From assembly GCA_020161575.1 (NCBI GenBank), contig JAIUNR010000008.1:29195-93194 (forward strand): DNA of 64,000 bases, given 5' to 3'. A program made the translations under genes and the position numbers. Below are positions 38,618 through 47,351 of the stretch, in pieces. Position 1 is the stretch's first letter. Every line of letters begins with the position of its first letter. Under the pieces are notes generated by a model. That model had not been told where the DNA came from, did no database searches, and saw only the letters and a program-made list of their open reading frames with translations. This DNA comes from Pseudomonadota bacterium. Lineage in GTDB: Bacteria; Pseudomonadota; Alphaproteobacteria; Rhizobiales; Beijerinckiaceae.

Positions 38618-39226
38618 ATGGCGCGCGGCTCCAACCCGGAAACCCTCTCGCCGCTCGATACCGAACTTGGCGATCTGCCGCCCGAGCTGCGCTGGCGCGA
38701 ATGGATGGGGCGTGTGGAGGCGGCGATCTTCGCCAGTGCCGTCCCCGTGTCGCGCGCGGCCTTGGCGCGGCTGGTGGGCGAGGCATGTGTGCTTGACGAT
38801 CTGATCGCCGATATCCGCGACGAGTTGAAGACGCGGCCCTATGACCTCGTGGCCATCGCGGGCGGCTGGCAGCACCGCACCCGGCCGCGCTTCGTCGAGG
38901 CGATCCGCTCGGCGAGCCAATTGCCTGAACAGAAGCAGGTCGATCTCTCGAAGGCTGAAATGGAAGTGCTGGCGCTGATCGCCTATCGCCAACCCGTCAG
39001 TCGCGAGCGGCTCTGCGATCTCGCGGGCCGCAATGTCAGCCGCGATACCCTCGCCTGGCTCAAGCAGCAGGGCCTGATCGCCACCGGCCCGCGCCTCGCT
39101 CAACCCGGCGCGCCGGCAACCTATGTGACGACGGAGGCCTTCCTCGAGCGGTTCGGATTGAACACGATCGCGGATTTGCCGGAGGCAGGCGGAGAGGAGC
39201 GGACGGCCGGCGAAGCTCCGGCATGA
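38618..39226 (+). CDS. scpB: ScpB-like protein (SMC-Scp complex subunit B family), orphan
   Basis: RVEAAIFASAVPVS, IAGGWQHRTRP, LSKAEMEVLALIAYRQPVSR, GLIATGPR, YVTTEAFLERFGLNTIADLP tandem winged-helix signature. Confidence 0.9.
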   Translation: MARGSNPETLSPLDTELGDLPPELRWREWMGRVEAAIFASAVPVSRAALARLVGEACVLDDLIADIRDELKTRPYDLVAIAGGWQHRTRPRFVEAIRSASQLPEQKQVDLSKAEMEVLALIAYRQPVSRERLCDLAGRNVSRDTLAWLKQQGLIATGPRLAQPGAPATYVTTEAFLERFGLNTIADLPEAGGEERTAGEAPA

Positions 39227-39259
39227 ATTCGCGCCGTTTCGCCGCGCCCTGAAGCGGAG

Positions 39260-39285
39260 CCCTGCCCGCGCGAGGCCGGGCAGGG
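39260..39285. terminator. Hairpin between convergent scpB and DUF1428 genes
   Basis: CCCTGCCCG-N8-CGGGCAGGG inverted repeat. Confidence 0.5.
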
Positions 39286-39313
39286 GGTTGTCGTGATGCC
39301 ATGGCTTTCTGGC

Positions 39314-39667
39314 TCAGCTTTCCAGGGCGACCTCGAACCCGCCATAGATCATGCGCTTGCCGTCGAAAGGCATGGTGTGGGCGCCGGGTTGCATTCGAGG
39401 GTCCTGCATCATCCGCGCCCAGCCTTCATCCCGCACCGCCTTGGACGGCCATACGAGCCAGGCGAACACCACCGTTTCATCGGCTTCTTTCTTCACCGCC
39501 ATCGGGAAAGAGGTGAGCTTGCCGTCCGGCACATCGTCTCCCCAGCATTCCACGGATTTGAGCGCGCCGAATTCCTTCATGATCACGGCCATTTCGGCGG
39601 CGTGTTTGAGATAGGCTTCACGATTGGCTGTCGGCACGGCGGCAACGAATCCATCAATATAGGTCAT
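39314..39667 (-). CDS. DUF1428-family (YbaA-like) protein
   Basis: YIDGFVAAVP, ECWGDDVPDGKLTSFPMAVK, ETVVFAWLVWPSK, MPFDGKRMIYGGF. Confidence 0.9.
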   Translation of the reverse strand: MTYIDGFVAAVPTANREAYLKHAAEMAVIMKEFGALKSVECWGDDVPDGKLTSFPMAVKKEADETVVFAWLVWPSKAVRDEGWARMMQDPRMQPGAHTMPFDGKRMIYGGFEVALES

Positions 39668-39691
39668 GGTCTTTCTCCTCGGTGTGAAAGG

Positions 39692-40162
39692 TCAGGCGAT
39701 CGCCCGCTCGATGGCGGCGATGTCGATGCGCTTCATCTGCTTCATGGCCGTGAAGGCCCGGTTGGCGCGTGCTGGATCAGGGAGGGAGATCGCGCGCAGC
39801 AGCTGCCTCGGCACGATCTGCCAGGAAAGGCCGAAACGATCCTTCACCCAGCCGCATTGCTCGGCCTCGGGAACGGCCGACAGGGCATCGGAGAGCCGCT
39901 CGACCTCTGCCTGCGTCTCCACAGGGATCATGAGGGAAATGGCCTCGTTGAACTTGAAATGCGGACCGCCGTTCAGGCCGAGAAACGGGCGGCCCATCAG
40001 GGTGAACTCAACGGTGAAGACCTGGCCGGACTTGCCGGAGGGGTAATCGCCGGGCGCCAGGTGGACGCTATCCACGCGGCTATCGGGGATGACCGAGGCA
40101 TAGAAACGCGCGGCTTCCTCGGCATTGTCGTCAAACCACAGGCAGGGGGTGAGTGTTTGCAT
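39692..40162 (-). CDS. VOC-family protein (PhnB / 3-demethylubiquinone methyltransferase-like)
   Basis: MQTLTPCLWFDDNAEEAARFY, LNGGPHFKFNEAISL, CGWVKDRFGLSWQIVP, MKRIDIA. Confidence 0.9.
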   Translation of the reverse strand: MQTLTPCLWFDDNAEEAARFYASVIPDSRVDSVHLAPGDYPSGKSGQVFTVEFTLMGRPFLGLNGGPHFKFNEAISLMIPVETQAEVERLSDALSAVPEAEQCGWVKDRFGLSWQIVPRQLLRAISLPDPARANRAFTAMKQMKRIDIAAIERAIA

Positions 40163-40179
40163 GAATTGATCTCCGCGAG

Positions 40180-40623
40180 TTACTCGTTGATTTCGGGCAA
40201 GACGAGTTTTTCGAGCTTTTGCAGCGAGTCCTGCCACCCAAGGTAACAGGACTCGGGCGGGAACCTGTCAGGAATGCCGCTCTGCTCGATGGCGAGCTCG
40301 GTTCCCACGCAAACCGTCTTCAGCGTGACCGCGACTTTCATCTCGCCCGCCAGTTCCGGATCGTCGAACCGCTCCGTGTAGACGAGCCGCTCTCCGGGCA
40401 CGAGCTCGAGATAGGTCCCTTCGAAGGAATGGATCTGACCCGTGGTGAAGTTGCGGAACGACATGCGGTGAGTTCCGCCCGTTTTCGCCTCCAACGCATG
40501 GACCGTGCACAGAAACCCGTAAGGAGGAAGCCAGCTTGCAATGGCATCGGGCTCCAGAAACGCGCGGTAGATCTTCTCCGGCCGCGTCGCGAAGACGCGA
40601 TGTAAACGCACGATTCCCGGCAT
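40180..40623 (-). CDS. SRPBCC/AHSA1-family protein
   Basis: VRLHRVFATRPEKIYRAFL, GGTHRMSF, YLELVPGERLVYT, CYLGWQDSLQKL. Confidence 0.88.
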   Translation of the reverse strand: MPGIVRLHRVFATRPEKIYRAFLEPDAIASWLPPYGFLCTVHALEAKTGGTHRMSFRNFTTGQIHSFEGTYLELVPGERLVYTERFDDPELAGEMKVAVTLKTVCVGTELAIEQSGIPDRFPPESCYLGWQDSLQKLEKLVLPEINE

Positions 40624-40650
40624 GGCTTCCCCCATCGGTTAGTTCTGACT

Positions 40651-41283
40651 CTATGCCGCAGGCTCCGCCGGCGGCGCGCCGAACAGCATCCGGATGTAGC
40701 GGCTCAGATGATCGACGCTTTCCTCGGCGATGGCAGGCCCGCCGGAGCATTTGGCGAGAATGAAGGCGCCCTGCAGCACGGCCTGGGTGTGAAGCGCGAG
40801 GCTCGCTGCGCTCCAGCCCGTCATCGAGCCGTCCGGCGTCCATCCGCGCTTGCGCATCGCCTCGGCGATATCAGGCTCCAAGGTCGTGGCATGACCGGAG
40901 ATCGAGGCATTGCAGGCCGCGCCGATCGCGGGGTGCTCGGCATAGACCTCCTGCACCATTGTTCCGACCAGGCAGGTGAACTCGGCCAGTTCGCCGCGCA
41001 GAATGTCGCGGCGGAACTGGATATAGGCGAGCAATCTCTCCATCGGGTCGTCAACACGATGATAGGGCGCTGCCGCGAAGAAGGCGCTCGTCGTCGCCGA
41101 CCAATGCTCGGCCGCGGCGACGCCGAGGGCTTCCTTGCTGGCGAAATGGTGAAAGAAGGCGCCCTTGGTCACGCCCGCCGCCGTGCATAGGTCGTCCACC
41201 GTCGTGGCCGTGAATCCCTTTTCCCGGACCAGCTTCAGGGTGGCTGCCAATATCTTTTCTCGGGCTGTTCCGGTGCGGGCCAT
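40651..41283 (-). CDS. TetR/AcrR-family regulator (NemR-like)
   Basis: REKILAATLKLVREKGFTATTVDDLCTAAGVTKGAFFHHFASKE HTH; CLVGTMVQE; QGAFILAK. Confidence 0.93.
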   Translation of the reverse strand: MARTGTAREKILAATLKLVREKGFTATTVDDLCTAAGVTKGAFFHHFASKEALGVAAAEHWSATTSAFFAAAPYHRVDDPMERLLAYIQFRRDILRGELAEFTCLVGTMVQEVYAEHPAIGAACNASISGHATTLEPDIAEAMRKRGWTPDGSMTGWSAASLALHTQAVLQGAFILAKCSGGPAIAEESVDHLSRYIRMLFGAPPAEPAA

Positions 41284-41310
41284 GACGATGATTCTCTGTT
41301 GCGATCATCA

Positions 41311-41328
41311 ATACCAACTGGTCGGTAT
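41311..41328. promoter_or_regulatory. Candidate TetR operator overlapping the minus-strand promoter
   Basis: ATACCAACTGGTCGGTAT imperfect palindrome sitting between minus-strand TTGACA (41332-41337) and TATTGA (41308-41313), about 30 bp upstream of the tetR start. Confidence 0.7.
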
Positions 41329-41497
41329 GTATGTCAATCGAAACTTCGCAACCGCCCACGATCCGCCAAGCGCTGGGCCCCAAGCGCTGGGCCCATGCCC
41401 TGATCCGCCGAGCCGGCGCCATGCTGCCTCGCGAACCGCCGGTGGGTCTGGGCGCGTTTCAGCATTGCGCGCTGTGCCGGTGCTTCCCGCCCCGCCA

Positions 41498-41701
41498 CTA
41501 CGCCCGTTTCTGCTTCTTCGGCCCGATGGTGGTGGGTTGAAGCACGCTGACGGTGTCGCTCGCGGGGAAAGTCTCCTTCAACGCCTTTTCGAGCTTGCTT
41601 TTCAGCGCGGCCTGTTCGGGGTCGGGCACGACATGCTTCTCGGGGTGCGTGTCCTTGAGGTCGAAGACCGATTCGACACCTTTGAGGGGTTTGCGTTTCA
41701 T
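41498..41701 (-). CDS. Small protein with ETFPASD motif (67 aa)
   Basis: MKRKPLKGVES...LEKALKETFPASDTVSVLQP; the L-x-E-T-F-P-A-S-D motif recurs in small alphaproteobacterial hypothetical proteins; GAGAG RBS. Confidence 0.6.
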   Translation of the reverse strand: MKRKPLKGVESVFDLKDTHPEKHVVPDPEQAALKSKLEKALKETFPASDTVSVLQPTTIGPKKQKRA

Positions 41702-41818
41702 GATGCTCTCCCGGCACTGAACACTGTCTCGCCGACAGCGTTGGAGACAAACGAGCGTGTGATTGTTTGGTTCCGAAAAAGCTTCGCCATGCACCGCCTT
41801 CATGAATCCCGAGGTGGT

Positions 41819-42961
41819 TCAGCCTGGCCTGAAACCATGGGTCATGCTGCGCCATAGCCATTCGAACGGGCCGAATGCGTGCCGCCTTAGCCAGAGAAGG
41901 CTGGCGACGGCGAAGAGCGCGTAGATGCCTGATCCAATCAGGATTCCCGTGCTTGTACTGATCCTGCCCATCAGACCGAGGCCATAGCCATAGAACAGGA
42001 ATCCGAGGACGAGCGAATAGAGCAGGTAGTTCGTGAAAGCCATGCGCCCGACCGCGCTGGACCAGCCAAGGAAAGGCCGCACGTGGTGCTGCCGGGCAAG
42101 CCAGGCGAAGAGCGCCGCATAGCCCAGCGCCACCAGCATGGAGCCGAGCGTGGCGTTGGCGAGCGCGCCGATTTTGCCGGGAAGAAGACAAAGCGCAAAA
42201 CCGGCGGCTGTCAGAAGCAATCCCGCCAGCGCCACGCGTCGATCGGGGTGCGTGAAGAGGCGCGCCGCGCCCAGACGCCAGAGCACGGCGCCGAGCAGCA
42301 GGGTCGCGAGCGTGCGCGGAAGCTGGTAAAGGTGGAGCGGACCGAAGCGCAGGATTTCATCGATCCTGAACGACAGAACCGTGAGGTAATCGCCTCGGCC
42401 ATATGCCGCCGCGGCCGCGTCGACATGGGCGGAAAGCGCGTCAAGGGGCGGCAGCCGGAAGGGCCGGAAAACCATCGGCAGCAGGATATAGAGCGCCAGG
42501 CAGGCGCATAGCGCGACGATCAGACCTCGCAGGCGCAGATGCAGCATTGGAACGAAAAGCAGGCCCGCAAGCGCGTATTCCGTCAGGATGTCGCCGTTCC
42601 AGAGCAGGAACAGGTGAACAAGCCCGAAAACGAGCAGGGCGAGCATGCGGCGATAGAGCATGCCGGTCCCCCTGCCGCGGGCGGCGAGGGAGTCGAACTG
42701 CATGGCCAGGCCGAAGCCGAGCAGCATGGTGAAAAGCATCAGGGTCTTGATGTGGATCGCGCCGAACAGCACCATACGGATGGCTTGATCCAGCCCCGAT
42801 CCCGCGCCCGGCCTTATCCAATGCTCGAAGGCGGGAACGCGGAACATCATTTCCAGATTGGCCAGCAGGACACCGAACAGGGCTGCGCCACGCAGCATGT
42901 CGAGCGTCTCGATGCGCGTTCGGGTGCCCGAAGCGGAAACGGGGGCGGTGCGATCTGTCAT
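41819..42961 (-). CDS. DUF418 (YeiB-like) integral membrane protein
   Basis: RIETLDMLRGAALFGVLLAN, LFTMLLGFG, RRMLALLVFGLVHL...WNGDIL, VGRMAFTNYL, GPFEWLWRSMT. Confidence 0.88.
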   Translation of the reverse strand: MTDRTAPVSASGTRTRIETLDMLRGAALFGVLLANLEMMFRVPAFEHWIRPGAGSGLDQAIRMVLFGAIHIKTLMLFTMLLGFGLAMQFDSLAARGRGTGMLYRRMLALLVFGLVHLFLLWNGDILTEYALAGLLFVPMLHLRLRGLIVALCACLALYILLPMVFRPFRLPPLDALSAHVDAAAAAYGRGDYLTVLSFRIDEILRFGPLHLYQLPRTLATLLLGAVLWRLGAARLFTHPDRRVALAGLLLTAAGFALCLLPGKIGALANATLGSMLVALGYAALFAWLARQHHVRPFLGWSSAVGRMAFTNYLLYSLVLGFLFYGYGLGLMGRISTSTGILIGSGIYALFAVASLLWLRRHAFGPFEWLWRSMTHGFRPG

Positions 42962-43100
42962 CGTCGGTCCTTGGCTGTGCCCGGGATCAGTGCCAGGCTC
43001 CCGAATGGCGCGCGGCGCCGGCCAGCCTTTCCACCGGAAGGTGGCGCCGCGTCGGCGCCCGCGCCATTACGACACATGGGCTAGTACGCGGGCAGGCACG

Positions 43101-45266
43101 TTACCGGCCGGACGCTGCTCCCGGCGCGGATGCCGAAGTTGCGCGGAATCCTGCGGAATTCGCTGGCTGCAACCGAATGACGCGATCGGTCGCGGCCAGC
43201 GTCGAGGTGCGATGCGCGATCACGATCCGCGTCATGGGCAGGGCACGCACGGCCCTGTTGATCATGGCCTCGTTCTCGGGATCGAGATGACTGGTCGCCT
43301 CGTCGAGCAGCAGGATCGCGGGGCGGCGGTAGAGCGCGCGCGCGAGCACGATGCGCTGGCGCTGGCCACCCGAAAGAGAGCTGCCCATATCGCCCACCAG
43401 GGTTTCGTATCCCATCGGCATCGTGAGGATTTCGTCGTGAATCGCGGCGAGGCGGGCACAGCCGGTGAGATGTTCGATATCCGGCTCAGGATCGAAGGCG
43501 CAGATATTATCGGCGATCGAGCCGGCGAACAGACGGTCATCCTGCAGGACGCAGCCGATCCGGCGACGGTAAGCCGACATGGTCAGGGAGGAGACCGGGA
43601 CATTGTCGACCAGAACCTGTCCCTCGCTCGGCTGGGCGAGACCCGCGAGGATCTTGAGCAAGGTCGTCTTGCCTGCTCCTGACGGGCCGGCAATGCCGAC
43701 GCATTCGCCCGGCCTCACGTCAAAACTGAGATTGCTCAGGATATCGGGCTCGTTATCCGCATAACGGAAGCGGATGGCCCGCACGGAGAGGCTGGCAGCG
43801 CCACCGGATTTCCAGCCGGCGATGGGATTGTCCTGGCCTCCTTCGCTCCCTTCTGGCTCGGCAAGCGCGATATCGGCAATACGCTCGCCATGGAGGGAGA
43901 GCATCATGAATTGCTGCGCGGCATCGACGAGGCTGTTCATGCGCTGCGCGAACTGATCCTTGTAGGCCAGGAAGGCGATGAAGACGCCGACGGAGAAATC
44001 GGCTGCCACGACGCCGCGAATACCGAGATAGATGAGCAGGATCCGGTCGAGCCCGAAAATGACCTGTCCGGCGGCGTCGATGCCGGCATCGAGCTTGCCG
44101 ACCCGCATCTGCGCATTGATGTGCTCGACCAGATGATTGATCCATGCGCCGCGGCGGCGCTCCTCAAGGTTGAGCACCTTGACGCTCGCGATGCCGCGCG
44201 CGGTTTCCATGAAATGGGTTTGCTGAAGCGCGGCGTGGACGATCGCATCCTCGGATTTCGCGCGATACAGCAGATGTGTCGCAACGCGAATGCCGATGAA
44301 CAGCGAAACGCTGACAAGCGGGATGATGACCAGCCACCCCCCATAAAACGCCATCATGCCGAGGAGGGCGATGGACATGACGCCATCGAGCAGCGCGCTG
44401 ATCGTGCTCGAGGTCAGGGTCTGCCTTGCGGTATCGAGCGAGCCGAACCGGGATACGACATCACCGACATGCCGCCTTTCGAAAAAGCCCATCGGCAGGC
44501 GGAGCAGATGATCGAACAGCGCGACTTTCCATTGCAGGACCAGGCTGCTGCCGAATTTGAGGGTGGCCCAGCTTCGCACAAGCGTCGCGGCGACCTGAAG
44601 AAAGAGAAGCACGGCGAGGCTGAGCGCGATCAGGGTCAGCAGATCGAGATCCGCGGCGACCACGACCTCGTCGAGCGCGATCTGGAACCCGATCGGCATG
44701 GCGATGATCGCAAGCTCGATCAGCAGGGAAATCGCGAGCACCTGAACGAGCGTGGGGGTGATGCCGCGCGTGCGGCGAATGAGATCGAAAAAGCCGATCC
44801 CGGTCCGCTCATCCTTCTGCTCGAAGGTGCTGGTGGGCCAGGCTTCAAGCGCGACGCCGGTGAAGCGGCGCGACACCTCGTCGAGCTTCACCACTTTCCG
44901 GCCCACGGCAGGATCATGGATCACGACCTCGCGCGCGCGTACTTCCGTGAGGACGACGAAATGATTGTGATTCCAGTGCAGGATGCACGGAAGGCGGAGC
45001 CCCGCGAGATCGCCGATATCAAGGCGCACGGCGCGTGTCGCGAGTTTCAGCTCCGCGCCCAGCCGGACGAGATCGCGCAGGGTCATGCCCTTGAGCGAGG
45101 CGTTGAAGCGCCGCCTGAGGCCGGGCAGATCCAGCGCATGGCCGTGACGTCCCGCGATCATCGCGAGGCAGGCGAGGCCGCATTCCGCGGCTTCGCTCTG
45201 GCGTATGACCGGCGTATCGGCGAAAAGGCCGCCGGTAATGCGCCGGGCGAGATCAGCGCCGGTCAC
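43101..45266 (-). CDS. Peptidase-containing ABC transporter (C39 PCAT; CvaB/RaxB-like)
   Basis: QSEAAECGLACL (catalytic Cys), LPCILHWNHNHFVVL (His), TM domain, [26 protein letters not shown]; GTG start with GGAG RBS. Confidence 0.95.
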   Translation of the reverse strand: MTGADLARRITGGLFADTPVIRQSEAAECGLACLAMIAGRHGHALDLPGLRRRFNASLKGMTLRDLVRLGAELKLATRAVRLDIGDLAGLRLPCILHWNHNHFVVLTEVRAREVVIHDPAVGRKVVKLDEVSRRFTGVALEAWPTSTFEQKDERTGIGFFDLIRRTRGITPTLVQVLAISLLIELAIIAMPIGFQIALDEVVVAADLDLLTLIALSLAVLLFLQVAATLVRSWATLKFGSSLVLQWKVALFDHLLRLPMGFFERRHVGDVVSRFGSLDTARQTLTSSTISALLDGVMSIALLGMMAFYGGWLVIIPLVSVSLFIGIRVATHLLYRAKSEDAIVHAALQQTHFMETARGIASVKVLNLEERRRGAWINHLVEHINAQMRVGKLDAGIDAAGQVIFGLDRILLIYLGIRGVVAADFSVGVFIAFLAYKDQFAQRMNSLVDAAQQFMMLSLHGERIADIALAEPEGSEGGQDNPIAGWKSGGAASLSVRAIRFRYADNEPDILSNLSFDVRPGECVGIAGPSGAGKTTLLKILAGLAQPSEGQVLVDNVPVSSLTMSAYRRRIGCVLQDDRLFAGSIADNICAFDPEPDIEHLTGCARLAAIHDEILTMPMGYETLVGDMGSSLSGGQRQRIVLARALYRRPAILLLDEATSHLDPENEAMINRAVRALPMTRIVIAHRTSTLAATDRVIRLQPANSAGFRATSASAPGAASGR

Positions 45267-46554
45267 GCGCGGCTCCTTCCGAGTTCGAGACGGATTCCTT
45301 CAGGCTGTAGAGCGGTTCGAAGATCCATTGATAGAGGGGGCGTGTCTCCGCCAGGATATGGGCTTCCGCGAGCATGCCGCTTTGCAGCGCTTCGGGCCGG
45401 CCATAGGCGGTGACGAAGGGCTGATCAGGCTGGACCGTGATGCGGTAGAGGGATGCGCCGCGCGCGCCTTCCGCCATGGCCACGTTGAGCTGGGTCACCT
45501 CTTCCGGGAGCAGGGTGGCGCGCGAGATCAGCGTGACACTCCCCGGATACTGGCCGAATTTCTGATAGGGAAAGGCCTGATAGCGCAGCAGGACGCGGGC
45601 CTCTTCGCGCACGAACCCGATCGCGGTGCTCGGCGCGAGCAATTGCACGACAAGCGGGCGATCCGCAGGGACGATGGTGAGCAGCGGTTTGCCCACGGTG
45701 ACCGTCTGCCCGACCAGCGTCGAGATGCTCGTGATCCGCCCGTCGCGCGGCGCGACGATGCGCAGCTCGCGGCGCGCTTCGTTTTCGGAAATCTGCTGCT
45801 GGATATCGAGGATCTGGCGTCGGACTTCGGCGCGGCGCGTATCGGCTTGAAGATCGAAGCTCGCGAGCTGATTGCGCGCTTCCGCGAGCCGCATTTCCAC
45901 CTGGATGCGCTCGCGCCGCAGGGCTTCGAGCTGGACACGGTAGCTGGTGAGGGTTTCCTGCCGCGTCTCGTGGTCGCGGGCGGTGGCCATGCCACGCTCG
46001 GCCAGATTGCGGATACGCTCGGTGGTGATTTCCATCTGCGCGGTGGTGCGCTCGGAAAGCTGGATCTGCGCATCGGCCTGGGCCAGTTCCCGCGTGCCGC
46101 GGGCGATCCTGTCCTGCAGCGCCAGCTTGTCGGTACGGTCGAGGTTGGCCTGGCGCTCGAGACCCAATTCCAGCTCTTCGCCCTTCCGCCTGAGAAGGGC
46201 GGTTACCGCGCTTTGCGTGTTGCCGAGCGATGTCGTGCTGTCCACGGAGAGGACATAGAGAATGTCACCCCGCTTCACGAGATCGCCGTCGCGGACGCGC
46301 AGCTCGGAGATCCAGCCGCTCTGGGGGGCGGAAAGCCGCGCCAACCCCTCCGCGGGCAGGACGACGCCCGTGACACGCACGCGCCGGGTGTAGTTCCCGA
46401 ACACGAGCAGCAGGACAATCACCACGACAAAGAATAGCGACGCGATGGCAAAAGCCCTTCGCGATGGCGAGGCGTCGATCGACGGTTGACCGATCCAGGC
46501 GGTGCGCGCCGCTTCCATCGATTCGGGCCGGAACAGGGGCGGTCTGGTCGTCAT
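45253..46554 (-). CDS. HlyD-family membrane fusion protein (CvaA/RaxA-like)
   Basis: PPLFRPE N-terminus, single TM, YTRRVRVTG, coiled coil, IVAPRDG, LRYQAFPYQKFG, PLYQWIFEPL; overlaps the PCAT start. Confidence 0.94.
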   Translation of the reverse strand: MTTRPPLFRPESMEAARTAWIGQPSIDASPSRRAFAIASLFFVVVIVLLLVFGNYTRRVRVTGVVLPAEGLARLSAPQSGWISELRVRDGDLVKRGDILYVLSVDSTTSLGNTQSAVTALLRRKGEELELGLERQANLDRTDKLALQDRIARGTRELAQADAQIQLSERTTAQMEITTERIRNLAERGMATARDHETRQETLTSYRVQLEALRRERIQVEMRLAEARNQLASFDLQADTRRAEVRRQILDIQQQISENEARRELRIVAPRDGRITSISTLVGQTVTVGKPLLTIVPADRPLVVQLLAPSTAIGFVREEARVLLRYQAFPYQKFGQYPGSVTLISRATLLPEEVTQLNVAMAEGARGASLYRITVQPDQPFVTAYGRPEALQSGMLAEAHILAETRPLYQWIFEPLYSLKESVSNSEGAARDRR

Positions 46555-46651
46555 CCCGTCAACTCAAGCACTAAAAGCGGCGCATGGCGCGCCGCTTTCA
46601 TAGGAAGGACGCCGCGGGGTGGCAGCGGTCCTTTCACGCTCGCCTCGTGGA

Positions 46652-46849
46652 TCAGAGGCTGATTCCGTTGCGGTAGTCCCAGCGGACAATCGAAGCGCCC
46701 TGCGAATTGGTGCAGCGGGTGACGGTCACATTCGGCTTCACGGTCACGGTGCAGGTCCAGGTCTGGCCGGCGCCGCCAGCCACCAGGTCCAGCGCGTTCA
46801 TATCCAGTTCCTGGATCGCGCCGTCGGCGAAAGAGGTGTTGTTGGTCAT
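46652..46849 (-). CDS. Double-glycine leader precursor peptide B (26-aa leader + 39-aa core, 2 Cys)
   Basis: ELDMNALDLVAGG|AGQTWTCTVTVKPNVTVTRCTNSQGASIVRWDYRNGISL; L(-12), L(-7), V(-4), GG; GGAG RBS; directly upstream of the HlyD/PCAT genes. Confidence 0.85.
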   Translation of the reverse strand: MTNNTSFADGAIQELDMNALDLVAGGAGQTWTCTVTVKPNVTVTRCTNSQGASIVRWDYRNGISL

Positions 46850-46992
46850 TTCGTTTTCTCCAGTTTTTGGGGGGCTGTGCAGGTCTCGCCGCCCGGCCCG
46901 GAGACAACGCCTCCTGCGATCGCGGCAAGTTCAGCCTCCGTCAGGAGGTAAACGCCCAGGCTCTCGGCCTTGTCGTTGGGATGATCGGTCAA
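46846..46992 (-). CDS. Double-glycine leader precursor peptide A (probable TTG start; 28-aa leader + 20-aa core)
   Basis: GGAG RBS 7 nt before TTG; LLTEAELAAIAGG|VVSGPGGETCTAPQKLEKTK; its stop overlaps the ATG of peptide B. Confidence 0.7.
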   Translation of the reverse strand: MTDHPNDKAESLGVYLLTEAELAAIAGGVVSGPGGETCTAPQKLEKTK

Positions 46993-47351
46993 TGCTCTTC
47001 TCCATTCCGGGCGCCGGTTCTCCGGCACCATGCGGCAACCAGCGAATCCGAAATGGCCCGCTGGAGCACACGATTCCCCGGTAGAGAAAAGCGTTCCCCG
47101 GAGGAACTAGTGCAAATCGACTAGTGCGCCGCCGGAGGAGGAAAGCTCCCTGAATTCAAAGGGGTTTACGAAGCAACTAAGTCATCTGTACTAGCCGAGG
47201 CGGGTAATGAACCAGCCACGACCTGCGATCGCTCACCTGTGCTAATCGATCCCGGGGGCAGAGTTTCTTATGAATCGGGACGGATCTGCCCTCCGTTGGT
47301 CATTTTTCTCGGAGGATTGGGTTCCTGAATAACAAGAATGGGAGAGAAAAA

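Noticed and set aside
38618-39226. Wadjet/MksBEF or complete condensin defence system
   Set aside because: No SMC-like ATPase, kleisin or JetD/topoisomerase-like gene in the window.
39692-40162. PhnB-like VOC gene as part of the phosphonate pathway
   Set aside because: It lies 7 kb away, on the opposite strand, inside a TetR-controlled operon; this family is widespread outside phn clusters.
46652-46849. RaxX-like sulfated peptide (Asp-Tyr in peptide B, RaxAB-like exporter)
   Set aside because: No sulfotransferase gene in the window and no other resemblance to RaxX; a DY dipeptide alone is uninformative.
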